A stretch of 64,000 nt of DNA, from the NCBI GenBank assembly GCA_037447605.1, contig CM074815.1, positions 868,001 through 932,000 on the forward strand, written 5' to 3'. Shown piece after piece: positions 11,350 through 22,500 of the stretch. The stretch is from Zygnema circumcarinatum SAG 698-1b (taxonomy: Eukaryota; Plantae; Zygnematophyceae). A model generated the notes under the pieces. The model did no database searches and was not told the DNA's origin. It saw nothing but the letters and a program-made list of their open reading frames with translations. How positions within the stretch are numbered: position 1 is the first letter of the stretch; every line of letters starts with the position of its first letter. The position numbers and the translations under genes are program-made.

Positions 11350-11523
11350 GAGTGCGCCTAGCTGGATGGTGTGCCGTTCCGTGGGCCGCCAACACCTGGC
11401 GCCGCCTTCTCGCATTTTCCGTCGGCAACTCCTGGATTATGCCGGTCCGTGACACTGAATATGAATATGTCAAGTACAACTGAACGGGCGCGGATCCGTC
11501 GAACGCAGCTCCGTTACGCTACA
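11350..11523 (-). repeat. Start of the Gypsy family B 5' LTR (minus strand)
   Basis: Reverse complement is nearly identical to 44672-44845 (TGTAGCGTAACGGAGC...). Confidence 0.88.
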
Positions 11524-11583
11524 TCGTTTTGGCGTTGGCGTTGCGAAATGCGTTCGTCTGGTTTTTTCTGTCTGCTCGTGCTC

Positions 11584-12438
11584 GGGCCGCATAATACCGT
11601 ACAGTCGTACGACCGTACGACCGTACATGTTGTAAAGGCGTTGTAAACTAATATATATCAGCCGTTATCTATTCGTCACAGTTGTATAATATAATATATA
11701 ATATATAATCGTAACTAATCCATCCCTAGTCGGCCATACTGCTGGGCGGCGGGGGGAGGGGACTTAGGGGACAGCGCCAGCTGCGAATCTAACGGTGGCG
11801 GTTTCTAGGACGACAACTCTCAGGGAACATGAGGGAGACCGCGTGCCTGTCGGGACTCGACCTTGTCGTTTGAGATAATACCGATCTTGTACGGAGGATG
11901 GTCTGTCGGACGTGGTACGAACGGTGCCACATGGCTTGTTGATATGAATGAATCTTGTCGTTCAGTGCATGGTGGCGAAAGGGCTTATTGGGCGTTTCTT
12001 ACAGCTGGTATATGCGGTTAAATCTAACAAAACTGTGGATAAGAACGGTGGTGACGCAGAACTGGCACTTGTGGACTGCGCGTTTGACGCAACTGTGCCC
12101 TTCATAGAACATGTGGTGGCTTTATGGCATTTGTCGTTTTCATTTTTCTACGCGCACAGCGCCGGGCGATGGGCGCCTAGTGCTGGCCACCCGCGGAATA
12201 CCGCTGGCCGTTTAATAGCATCAGCGCTGGATAACGAACGATATATCGAGATATTTTTTCAACCAATATCGATATATTGCGCTATCCGAACCGCTCATTG
12301 GCTGGTACGGCGGGCTTCTAACGGTACGGCTTGGAAAGTACAGTACGGCATATGGCGGTACTGTACGGTATTGCAAAAAGTATGATACGGTGCCGTACAA
12401 TAGAGCACACAATCGTAGCTTACCGTACTATACGGCCT
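11584..12438. mobile_element. Putative non-autonomous DNA transposon with inverted CCGTAC subterminal arrays
   Basis: Four GTAC cores at 8-bp spacing (11599-11626) and eight at 12305-12428, mostly in the inverted GTACGG context. Imperfect ~18-bp TIR (14/18 matches). No TSD found. Confidence 0.4.
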
Positions 12439-12939
12439 CGGCCTGCACTCGCCAGCTGGAGTGTAGCAAGCAGCCATGGCGAAATTTGAGCGACGGTCCA
12501 TGGCGGCATGCGCGAATCTCTTATCCTTATGCAGTCCTAATAGCAGGGCGCAGGGAGGAGCTTGAATGGATGTGAGCTGAAATGTCTCGCTTGAACAGAG
12601 TGTTTCGGTTTGAGGCAACCCCGCTATGGAGCTTCTTTCAAAACGCTTTCGTGCAGAAACTGAGCTTTAGAAGGTTACGAGCGATTTATGTCACCAGGCG
12701 CGTGGATTAGGGGAGGATTTGATGCTGTAATTCAATTCGTAGGGATTTCGAGTTAAGGAAAATGGCGAACCTTGAAGCTTTCGTTTCCAAGAACTGAAGG
12801 CAAATTTGCTTTCTATCTTTCTTGTAGAATAAGGACTTGCAAGAGTTACTTTCCAGCTGCTCTCTGCAAAAGGAGAAGATCGGAGATGGTTTTGATGCGA
12901 GTTTCTGCAGAGGTGGACGATTCTTCTGAGCGTTCAGCC

Positions 12940-15900
12940 ATGGCTGTAGGCAGCGAACTTTCATCTTCTCACAAAATAGTTGATTCAAGCAAGAAGCACA
13001 AAAACGCAGTAGCTGGTGCCATTGCAGGGAGCGTGACGGCTGCTATTCTGCATCCGTTGGACATCGTAAAGACTCGCTTTCAAGGTCTCACTTGTTTCTA
13101 CACTCCTCTTGATAGTTGAAAGCTTACAGTTTGAAAATATTTTTTTCACTGCACCCTTTGTCTAATCTCAAGACTTCAAATTGAGCTCTTGTTTGGCTTG
13201 AAACAAACGTGGCGAGATCATCAAGGTGACTGGCTTGGAAATGGCGTTGCTTCATGCACTTACGAGGCGGTTATTTCGACACAATAAACTTTGGCCATCT
13301 AAGCGGCATGCACGATAGATTTTTTGCTGTTGAACAGAAACGTAGCACCTGCAGATTGGGAAGATTATAGAAGAATGACTTGATCTCGGTTTGTTTGAAC
13401 TCGTCGTTAAAAGCGATATTGACAATATGGAACACTATTCACAAGATGAAATATCTACGTTTTAATCTTCATCCCTTTTTTTCTAAAGCCTTATCATCCT
13501 TACTTCTCCTTCATTACTTTTGGAGCACAAATGACTGCTAGATGGATCAAAAAAACCCGAGGGCTCGGGTGCTGAAGGGTTTTATGAAGAGTCCTGGAGG
13601 GAGCGGACTGAAGTCATGAGAGTGAAGGGAGGACTATGACTCCTGTTCCGACATACAATTATATTGGTGCCATGCACCAGGCATGCACGACTTTATGATA
13701 TGAGAATTTGTTGATCATACCGATGTTGATGTATGTGGATGGCTCGAATCAAACAAATCTTCATTCAACTGAGATACAAAATTCGTATTGCCTGCATGTC
13801 TGAAGAAAAATTCATTTCGTGGTTCATGCAGTGTCTGATGGACTAGACAAGACGATGCCACACTATAAAAACACGTGGAATGCTCTGGTGACGATTGCGC
13901 AGAAAGAGGTACACGCGTTTTGGGATGATTGCTGCCAAAGTGGCCCCATTCTATGAACTGTTTGGAGTGCCATGCCAAGCACGAGAGGTCGTTGCACTGA
14001 CTTCAGGTGCGGAGTAACGGAGTGAAGCAGTCGACTAAACAAGCATGTTAATTTGATGGGTGGGATGGGACCTGCAATGCTGCAGCGATTAAAGGGGCTA
14101 TATGCGGGTATCACTCCTGCTCTTCTTGCTAATGGTGTCTCATGGGGCGTTTACTTCTTTTTGTGAGTGTGCAAACTCCCTATTCCTTTGTTCGTCTTCA
14201 TCTGTACTGGTTTTGTTGCACTCCTTTACTGTGAATGCATTGGGCTTTTGTATTAAGGTGCCACTTGGCATTTAAGTCTGCGCAGATTGGGTGCTTATGG
14301 TCAATCACAAATTGACTGTAGTCCAAATTCGAATTTGTGTTCAATCATTTGATGTACCCTGAGCTGAAAATATGGTAAACAGCTTTGATCAAAGAATCGA
14401 TTCCGGACTCGGAAAAGTTGATTTAATCCCCTCATCATCAGCACCGTCAGCCAGTAAAGAACCTTATCCTCGATTGAAATGTGAATATTCAGGAAATATT
14501 GCCTTGGCCATTTCTTCGACCGATGTCAGGAAGAGTCTTCGTTTGCGGATGGCAACTTTATTTTCCTTTTGGAAAATGAAGTTGGTTTTGGAGATAAGGT
14601 GGTTTGAAGGTGGCTTTATGTTGTATTGTTACTTTGTCCCAAATGATCCACAAACGTAGCCACGCGCTTTAATAAAGCTTGGAAGGTCTATAAATGTTCC
14701 TTGACTAGCATTGTATCGGAATGGCATGGGGTGAACAGCTACAGTCGAGCCAAAGAGCGCTACACTCAGCTCAGCACAAAGCCTCTGGGGATGGGTCTGC
14801 AGATTGCATCGGCAGTAGAGGCTGGAGTTTTGGTGAGTTATCTCTCTCCCCTTGGTTCCTCCCTCCCTCCCTCCCTCCCTCCCTCCCTCCCTCCCTCCCT
14901 CTGCTGCTCCCACTCCCACTTCCACCCCCCATTCCCCAACCACCTCTCGCCCTACTTTCACTTCCTTTCTCTCATTCTTTCTTGCACCTTGTACCTTGTG
15001 CTTGACCTTATACAAGTTGAGGGGTTTCCGAGCATCTGATTTGCCAAATAGGATTCGGAAGAGACCAAAGATGTCATTCATTGCATCTTGTATACATCTG
15101 GGTTTCACATCAGCGCTGACCTCACAGCATCATGTTTTCTCATGTTCTCGCTTCTCGCACCAGTTGATGTGCTTGACCCCTTAATTTTCCTTGCCCAATG
15201 TAACTTGGACACCACTTTCAATGGCGTAGCTGGGCTCCCTACAGAGTAACGGCACATGCGAACGTCATTATACTGCCTTCCTTACCTCTTGGTTAGACCC
15301 AATAAGTTGTGCCAATAAGGCTAAGTGAAAATGCTTGCCGGACTGTGTCCTCGTCAGCATCAAGCCCTTCATCTCGTGCTATGGCATCTGCTAAAGGATA
15401 GATCGGATGAAGTTCTAAGAATTCCAAAAGGCGCTAACATGCTGAAGCACTTCCTTTGATACTGTTTGTTTCCTCTGCAGACATCTCTCATAACCCACCC
15501 CTTGTGGCTATTGAAGACTCGCCTGCAGTTACAAGTTCCCACTACTGTTGGGATGCGAGCTGGACCTCCTCCTTATCAGAACGCGTTGGGTACGTTGTTT
15601 GCTTCAGCCAATTACACCTTCGCATTTTGTTTTGTTCCCCTTTCCTAATTTCACATTATTCATCATGCTGAAGACCTATTGACCTATTGACCTATTGATT
15701 AGCCTATTGATGACCATCTGGAAGGTGTCCAAATGAGTGCCCATGTATGCGCTGCAGGAGTGTATCTGACCACTGCCTCGTCAGCTCCCATGTTTTCGTG
15801 TTGGTTAGACTGAGTATTCCCAAGTTAGTAAGGTGCCTTAGTACCTTGTTAAGAGTGTTTCTCGTGCGTCGTTAGTTGAAATCTCCACGATTAGGGGCGT

Positions 15901-18278
15901 GAAGCGCAGATGCGGTACAAAGCATTTGGAGGCAAGAGAAAATGTTTGGCTTCTTCCGTGGACTCGGTCCAAGTCTTGTTCTGGTAGGCCACCTATTTCC
16001 CGTGCTTACTCCGTTAAAGATATGCTCGAAAGCTGTCCCTAAAAGCGGCGTTCTTTTTCAGAGTTATGGCTCGTTTTCATGTTTAGAATCACTTTAATTG
16101 GTTGAATCTCCGGAGTTGAACACCGAACCTGTCCACTTCCGAAACTCGGAATTTCAAGTTCTTCAGCCTGCGTAAATCATAGCCGGTGTTTAGAGTGATG
16201 AGAACTTCGTATTGGGAGATTATTGCTGCCAGGTATCGCATGGCGTGATACAGATGACGAGCTATGAGGAGATGAAGAAGATGGTGATACGTGTAAGGGC
16301 TCCAACATCAAATCAGTTTTCGAAAGGCTCCCAAGGTGGAGACGTATTGGTAATGATTACCTTGCAACTCATCTTGCCAAAATGATTGTGAGCTGGCCAA
16401 GTTTGGAGCAGCATGAATGGTCAATCTACATCTGAAGCATGAGTGGGTGAATTTGCTTAATGTCACCAGAAAGAAGGACCCTCCTGAAGTCCTGCTTCCT
16501 TTGTCGGATAACTTAATCTAAAGGCAACTCCGTGTGCACGAAATGCGTTTCCAGCACTCATCAAAAGCTGCCATGTTATGCATGACTTGATTTTTCTTTC
16601 AGTTTGTGAAGGGAATCACAGGCAAGTGTTCTCAGACATACGTTGTTGCAGTCAGCCGACCTTTTGAACTATATTATGGGTTGCTATTTTTTTGAAGCGT
16701 CTGTTTTTTAAGGGCTTTGCTCTGCATCGCTTTTTAGAATCTGTTTGAAAACACAGATGGTTGTCCATTTCTCTTATGATATGCAATACCCATTAAAGTT
16801 GTAGCTGAGTGAGTGTTATCTTGGGTGCAGGGAGCAAAAGACTATTTTGCATTGGGCTTTTCTTCAAAGACTGTTGCAGTGCTAACTACATACCCTTTTC
16901 AGGTGCTCTTCTCTCTCTCCTCCCTCTCTCTCTCTCCGACACTCTCTCTCTCTATCTCTCTCTCTTCTTCCCTACCCTCAGTGACTGTGTTCGGTGCTCT
17001 TAGCGGGATGCCTGCACAATCTAAGCTTCAATATTTATGCCTTCAATCTGTTCATGTGAGGCTTTGTATCGGAGTTGTTTACAGGAAGCTAGTCATTTTA
17101 CGCTTCGGTTTTCATGAAATGAACAAATTAGTGGATGCTGTTTGGTATGCACTCAATTGATATCTTCTTCCGGCTGCTGTTTTGGTCCAGCTTAGCCTCC
17201 AAAACCAGTGATGCATTGTTTGCAGCCTTGCTGAGTCTCACTTAGAGATTCGTGTTGGCCATTGAATGCAGGTAGTTCGATCTAGGCTGCAGGTAAGCCT
17301 GCTATCCAGTCCCTTACTGTAGTCACCTCCAAGCAGAGTACAAACAATTGTATGGTCATTTTCGGACCGAGAACTTGAAATTTTGAAAGGATGAAGGGAG
17401 AGCGTCCAGATGGTGGGGAAAGAAGTGTGTCTGGTGAAGGGGAGTGAGAGGGTAGTCTGAGGCGAAAGGAGGAGAAGGCGATGACTTTCGTTTGCTGAAG
17501 TCAGTGCCAATTGTAGGCCGTGCTCTAGTTGCCTTTTTTTTTCACTGCTTATAGCTCCACTTGGAATCCGGAAGTAGGAGTTTTCCTTCAATCGGTAGTT
17601 CATCACTTCAGCAGACAAATGAACTGTGCTGTGCTTCTCCCTCCTCGTTTCAACGGTTTCTTTGTTTCTTTATTGTCTGTCCGATCACCCTTCATGCGTG
17701 TCGGCGTCTTTTCTTCTAAGCGCACAGCTGTATGGATGGCTCTGTACAGCTCTGTATGGCCCTCTCTACTCTTTAGGCCCACAGAATGGACGGTCTGCAA
17801 GGAAGCCCCTATTCAAGGGAGCTGTTTTTTGTGCTTCATGCAGCAACGGCCTGACGGCGCAGGGCAGCTCAAGTATGCAAACGGCTGGAAGGCGGCGCAA
17901 GCCATTGCAAGGTGCTCCCTCTCCCTCTCTCCCTCTCTCCTTCTCTCCCTCTCTCCCGCTCCCCCTCATCTTTCAGACAGAATTTCTGAGTCCAGCAAGA
18001 GCTCTAGAATAGCCCAAGAGACATGCTTTTGCAGTCATGTTGGGAAAAGTAGCACATGTGGAGAGGCACTCTGAAGGCTTGTGCGGTTCTGTGAAGGATG
18101 TCAATGGGAAGGGAGGGGAGTGAGCTTGTGCTGAACTCCAATCTCCTGAGCGCTTGTGGGCAGGCACGAAGGGTGGCGGGGCTTCTTCAAGGGCTTCGTG
18201 CCCCACATTCTGAGAGTGGCGCCCGGCAACTCCCTCACCTTCTTGGTGTACGAGCTGATGCTTAAACTTCTCAACTGA
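12940..18278 (+). CDS. FOLT1: Mitochondrial-carrier-family folate/FAD transporter (FOLT1/SLC25A32-like), multi-exon
   Basis: Exons encode AVAGAIAG..HPLDIVKTRFQ, YKNTWNALVTIAQKE, LKGLYAGITPALL..VSWGVYFFF, HPLWLLKTRLQLQ, VSHGVIQMTSYEEMKK, SSKTVAVLTTYPFQ, VVRSRLQ, QRP, FFKGFVPHILRVAPGNSLTFLVYE, with GT-AG boundaries. An in-frame alternative ATG lies at 12886. Confidence 0.92.
14862..14900. repeat. (CCCT)n microsatellite in a FOLT1 intron
   Basis: Tandem cctc/ccct units are directly visible. Confidence 0.85.
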
Positions 18279-18613
18279 CCCTCACTTCACATCTCCCTCT
18301 ATTTTTTCTCAGTCTGACTCTCGAGTCAGAAGCCCCAAAAAGAAAATAATTGCGCTTGTTCTGCTGCTTCAAAGCTCCATCTGCGTCTAGAGTGGTTAAA
18401 CCCCCTTGTTTAGTTAGTTTAGCGCTTCTTAGTGAGATCGAACTTTTCAATAATGTTGTACACTCATTCATTACTACAGCGAAGCTCCTGGGGCCTCGCA
18501 ATTCCAGGGGGCGCCTCAAACCCATTCGTCTCCAAGCGAGCGTCTGTTTTTGGAACGATTGTTGTTTCTGAACCCCTTCATTGCTGTGAGGTGATGTTAC
18601 TACAACCGACACA

Positions 18614-19070
18614 CCTTCCATGCATCAAAAATGCATGTTCCGACCCATCGCATCCGACCCATCCCATCCATCCCTGATGTATGCATTGCCAATTTGCCAT
18701 ACCGTTGTAAGTTGTCATGTGTATCAAAAGAAAGGAAGTGGCATTGATCTCACAATGGCGATGATGTCATCAAATGTACATGGACAAAATCAGCATGGGG
18801 AACCACGAGAAACAACTTGGTCGCCAACTAAGGGACTGGAAATCCAACATCATGGCCATCCAAGCCCCCATGGTCTGCCCCAACGTCCCTCCATGTATTG
18901 AAAATGCATGTTCCGACCCATGCCATCCATCCCTACTGTATGCATTGCCAATTTGCCATACCGTTGTAAGTTGTCATGTCTAATCCAAGTCACTGCAAAT
19001 CCACATGATGGCCATCCATCCATCCATCCATCCATGCCCCCATCCTCGCCCCCATGGTCTGCACCACCGT
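18614..19070. repeat. Imperfect ~270-bp tandem duplication with a (CCAT)n tract
   Basis: aaaatgcatgttccgacccat...gccaatttgccataccgttgtaagttgtcatgt occurs at 18628 and 18901; the downstream catggccatcc...cccatggtctgc block is also repeated. Confidence 0.8.
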
Positions 19071-19573
19071 GCCACGTGGCACCCCCTCCCTTGCTCTCTC
19101 CCGGCCAATCCCGGCGCGTCCCGAGCCTTTATCGGCCAGCGCCGCCGCCACGTGTCCACGTCTGTTGACTGCCGCCCGTTGAACTCCCGTCCCGATCGCG
19201 CAATCTCTGCCGTCCGTTTGACTCGGCCAAAATTTGTCCTTGGGAGCTTGAACCGCACACTTGTCCGTCCCACGGCTCGACCCTCCGCCTTCAGACCGCC
19301 AGCCAATGGATGTCTGCCACGTTGGACTCTCACATGACAGGGGCCGCGCTGATTGGCTGGGTCTGGCTAATTTTGCCAGTCTTTGGCTGACGGGAGGGAA
19401 AGGAAGGGAGGGTTGCTCCTCTCGGCCCTTTGGCTCTTTTTTTAGCTTCTCTCCCTCATCTTGAAGTTGGAGCTTGGAGCTGCCAACAGGCAGGTGTTGG
19501 AGAGCGCTTTGCTGCTTCTGCTTCTGTCTTAGCTCGACCTTTCCTTATTGTACATTGCAGCAGCATTTACGCC

Positions 19574-22500
19574 ATGGCTGCCAGCGTTGGTGCGACTCTG
19601 CAAGGACTTGCGCAGCCTTCAGCCGCGCTTTGCTGTGTGAACTCAGCTGAAGTGGGGAATAGGAGCGCATCAGGCTATGGTGCTTCGGCATTCTTTGGCA
19701 AAGCAGGTCTGTTGCAAGCATTGTCAAAGCACAAGCTTGTAGCTTCTGCCAACTGGCGGAGGTTGCATTTTGACACTTGCTCTGCAAGTTGCGGAAAGGT
19801 TGAACGCTTTGCTAGGTTCGCTGAAGCTGAGAGGAGAGATACAAGCCTTTTCTTGGATTTCTCTATGTAGTAGAGTAGGTCTTGTATCTCTTTCATCTGC
19901 CTGATCCTGTTATCAAAGTCTGCGGGCTATGTGAACACCGGATATCTGTCGGTACGATGCTACACTGAAAAGACTGCTGAAAATGCAGAAGGCTATCCAG
20001 GAGCGTGTGGTTTTTTAGCTATTATCCGTCCTTGTCGCGTGATCATTCAAGAATCAACCATGCTGCATTCTACAAACGGAATTTGTGTATCTTTGCTGTG
20101 GGTTTAATTTGTTGAAACCTGCTCTTAGTTTCCTTTGCTTCTCGTTTCTAAAAAGAAATTTTTTGTTCTTGGGAGATACAGGTCACTCGCTTCTGCACAA
20201 TGCAGCGGTGCGACAGAATGCCGGCGTTAGAAGAGGGGTTAGTCTTGTAACAGAGGCCAAGATTCGAGAAATTTTTATGCCTGCATTGAGTTCCACAATG
20301 ACGGAGGGGAAGATCGTTTCGTGGGCCAAGAGGTATGCCTGTGTGTATGTTCATTGAGAGCTATTTTTTACAATATACAAGATTTCTGCTTATGTTTAGG
20401 TTATGCTAGCCGCAGTTGAGGATAAGAAGCCGGGAAAACGGCCACAAAGCAAGATAAGATATGACGTCACGAATGTTTTTTGGTTCTATTAAACTCACAA
20501 CTTGACGTCTTTCTGTCAGTGCAAGTGCTTGTGCTGTTTCTGCAGTGAAGTACAGATTTTTGACTCGTCAAGCTGTCATGTTCATTTTTCTCGGTTCTTT
20601 TTTTGAAGCGTCAGCGAGAAGAAAAGACATTATGAGATCAGTGTTTCTTGAATGAATGAGAACCTGATGGATACACTGATGCCTAAATTTTTAAAATACT
20701 GATACTGAAATTCACTCTGTTTCGGCAGCTGCCACATTTGCTGCTAATTTCTTCCATTTGATTCTATAGTTAATCTGTTATCATTTCTGATGCTCTTGTG
20801 CATTCGCCACGAGTAGCCTTGTAGCACCACTAATTTGTCAAGAATTATAGAAATCTCTTATCTGAGCTCCACTGACCGCATTACTACGTTGTGGATAGTC
20901 GCTATCATTCGCTTGACAAGACTGTCAGAACATTTTCTGCCCAGTGCACCAAACTTCGTGCTTAGAAGCAATTTAATGCTAATAGCTGAAGCTTCGTTAT
21001 TGCAGTGCTCTCTTCGTACCCTTAGGAACAGCTGTTCATTATGTTTGTGATTGATGTAGTGTTTGATGTTGTTTTGGAGGGCAGTGAGGGGGACAATGTC
21101 AGCAAGGGCGAGAGCGTGGTCGTGGTTGAGTCTGATAAAGCAGACATGGATGTGGAGACATTCCATGACGGAATTTTGGCTGCAATCATGGTGCAAGAGG
21201 GCGAGGTACTAATTGTCACTCATTCCGTGTAAAGAAAGACCTATTGGAGGAATGCTTAGTTTTTGTCTTCTTTCTAGTCGACAATTGATTTATACTTATT
21301 CCGGTGTCGCGTAACACAGCCATTTCGTAGCTAGCTACATTCTTGCCAGCCACGCTTTGAAATCCTTCACATTTTGCTGTGTTTCTTGTGAAGCTTTCCA
21401 CGCTTGTAAGGGCTTGTCGATCATCAATACACTAGGAAGGCTCTCAGACTTGCCATTACTTCCTAATCTCTATAAAATGCTTTTGTCCGTCAGAAGATTC
21501 CACTGGTCTATGCGAAAATCGAAAAAGGGTTAAGCAACTAGATGAACAACATCAAGCATTCGCTGGAATTATGAAGCATCATTTCCGCTTGCTCATAAGT
21601 TCAGAACTAGTCCTCAGCCAAGGAATCCAATTCATTCGCCACATCCCTGCCTTGTTTTGGGGTCTGGCTGGTACTTAGGTTGCACCTGTTGGAGCTCCAA
21701 TTGGCCTTCTTGCTGAGACGGAGGATGAAATTGAGGAGGCAAAAGCAAAAGCAGCTTCTTCCGGCAATGGAACTGCTACCGCCGCCCCTGCAGCAGCCGC
21801 TGCTCCTCCTCCTCCTGCTCCTGTAGCTGAAGTTGCTCCTCCTCCACCTCCCCCACCTCCTTCTGCACCTGCCCCAGTCGTCCAGTCGGCACACCCTGCA
21901 GCAGCAGGTGGCAGAATCGTAGCGACACCATATGCGAAGAAGCTGGCAAAGCAATTCAAGGTACTCTTGTCGTCATATACTTTTTGGACAACATCACTCC
22001 GTCTGACTGTCTCTATACAGTGAGCTCACAATGCACTTTGACCCATATCTGCATGGACTTCAATCTGAACCATTCTGTAAGCATAAAGTCTTTTCTGCCA
22101 AGAAGACTGAAGGCTGGTTATGTACTCCAGAATACTCTTGATATGAAGTGTTTCATTGCTCGTCATAGTATGATGGTTGAGACTGAACGCAATACCTGCA
22201 TTGTCCATATAGAAAGTTCTCTTGTTACTAGAAGGCTTTCAATCTAGTCTTTTAGGGACGCGGGTTTTAGCCATTGACTGGAGCTCGCTTACGTTTGGAA
22301 TTCAACTCTTGATGTTTATAGAGGGGTTGGTACTTCTGAAAAATTAGGCCCCAGGATTTGTGACAAGTACATGCAACGGCCAATGGAAAGCATGTAGTAG
22401 GTTGCATTTGTGGGGGGCGAAGTCATATCAGTTTAGGGACACAAGTGTTGCATTTGTGTCGGAGAAGTAACGTCAATTTAGGGACATCATGCAAGAAGTC

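Noticed and set aside
11599-11626. CRISPR-like or other prokaryotic repeat array
   Set aside because: 8-bp units without spacers, in a eukaryotic context with no cas genes.
12762-12797. 11-codon upstream ORF before FOLT1
   Set aside because: The transcription start is unknown, and short ATG-stop pairs are common by chance.
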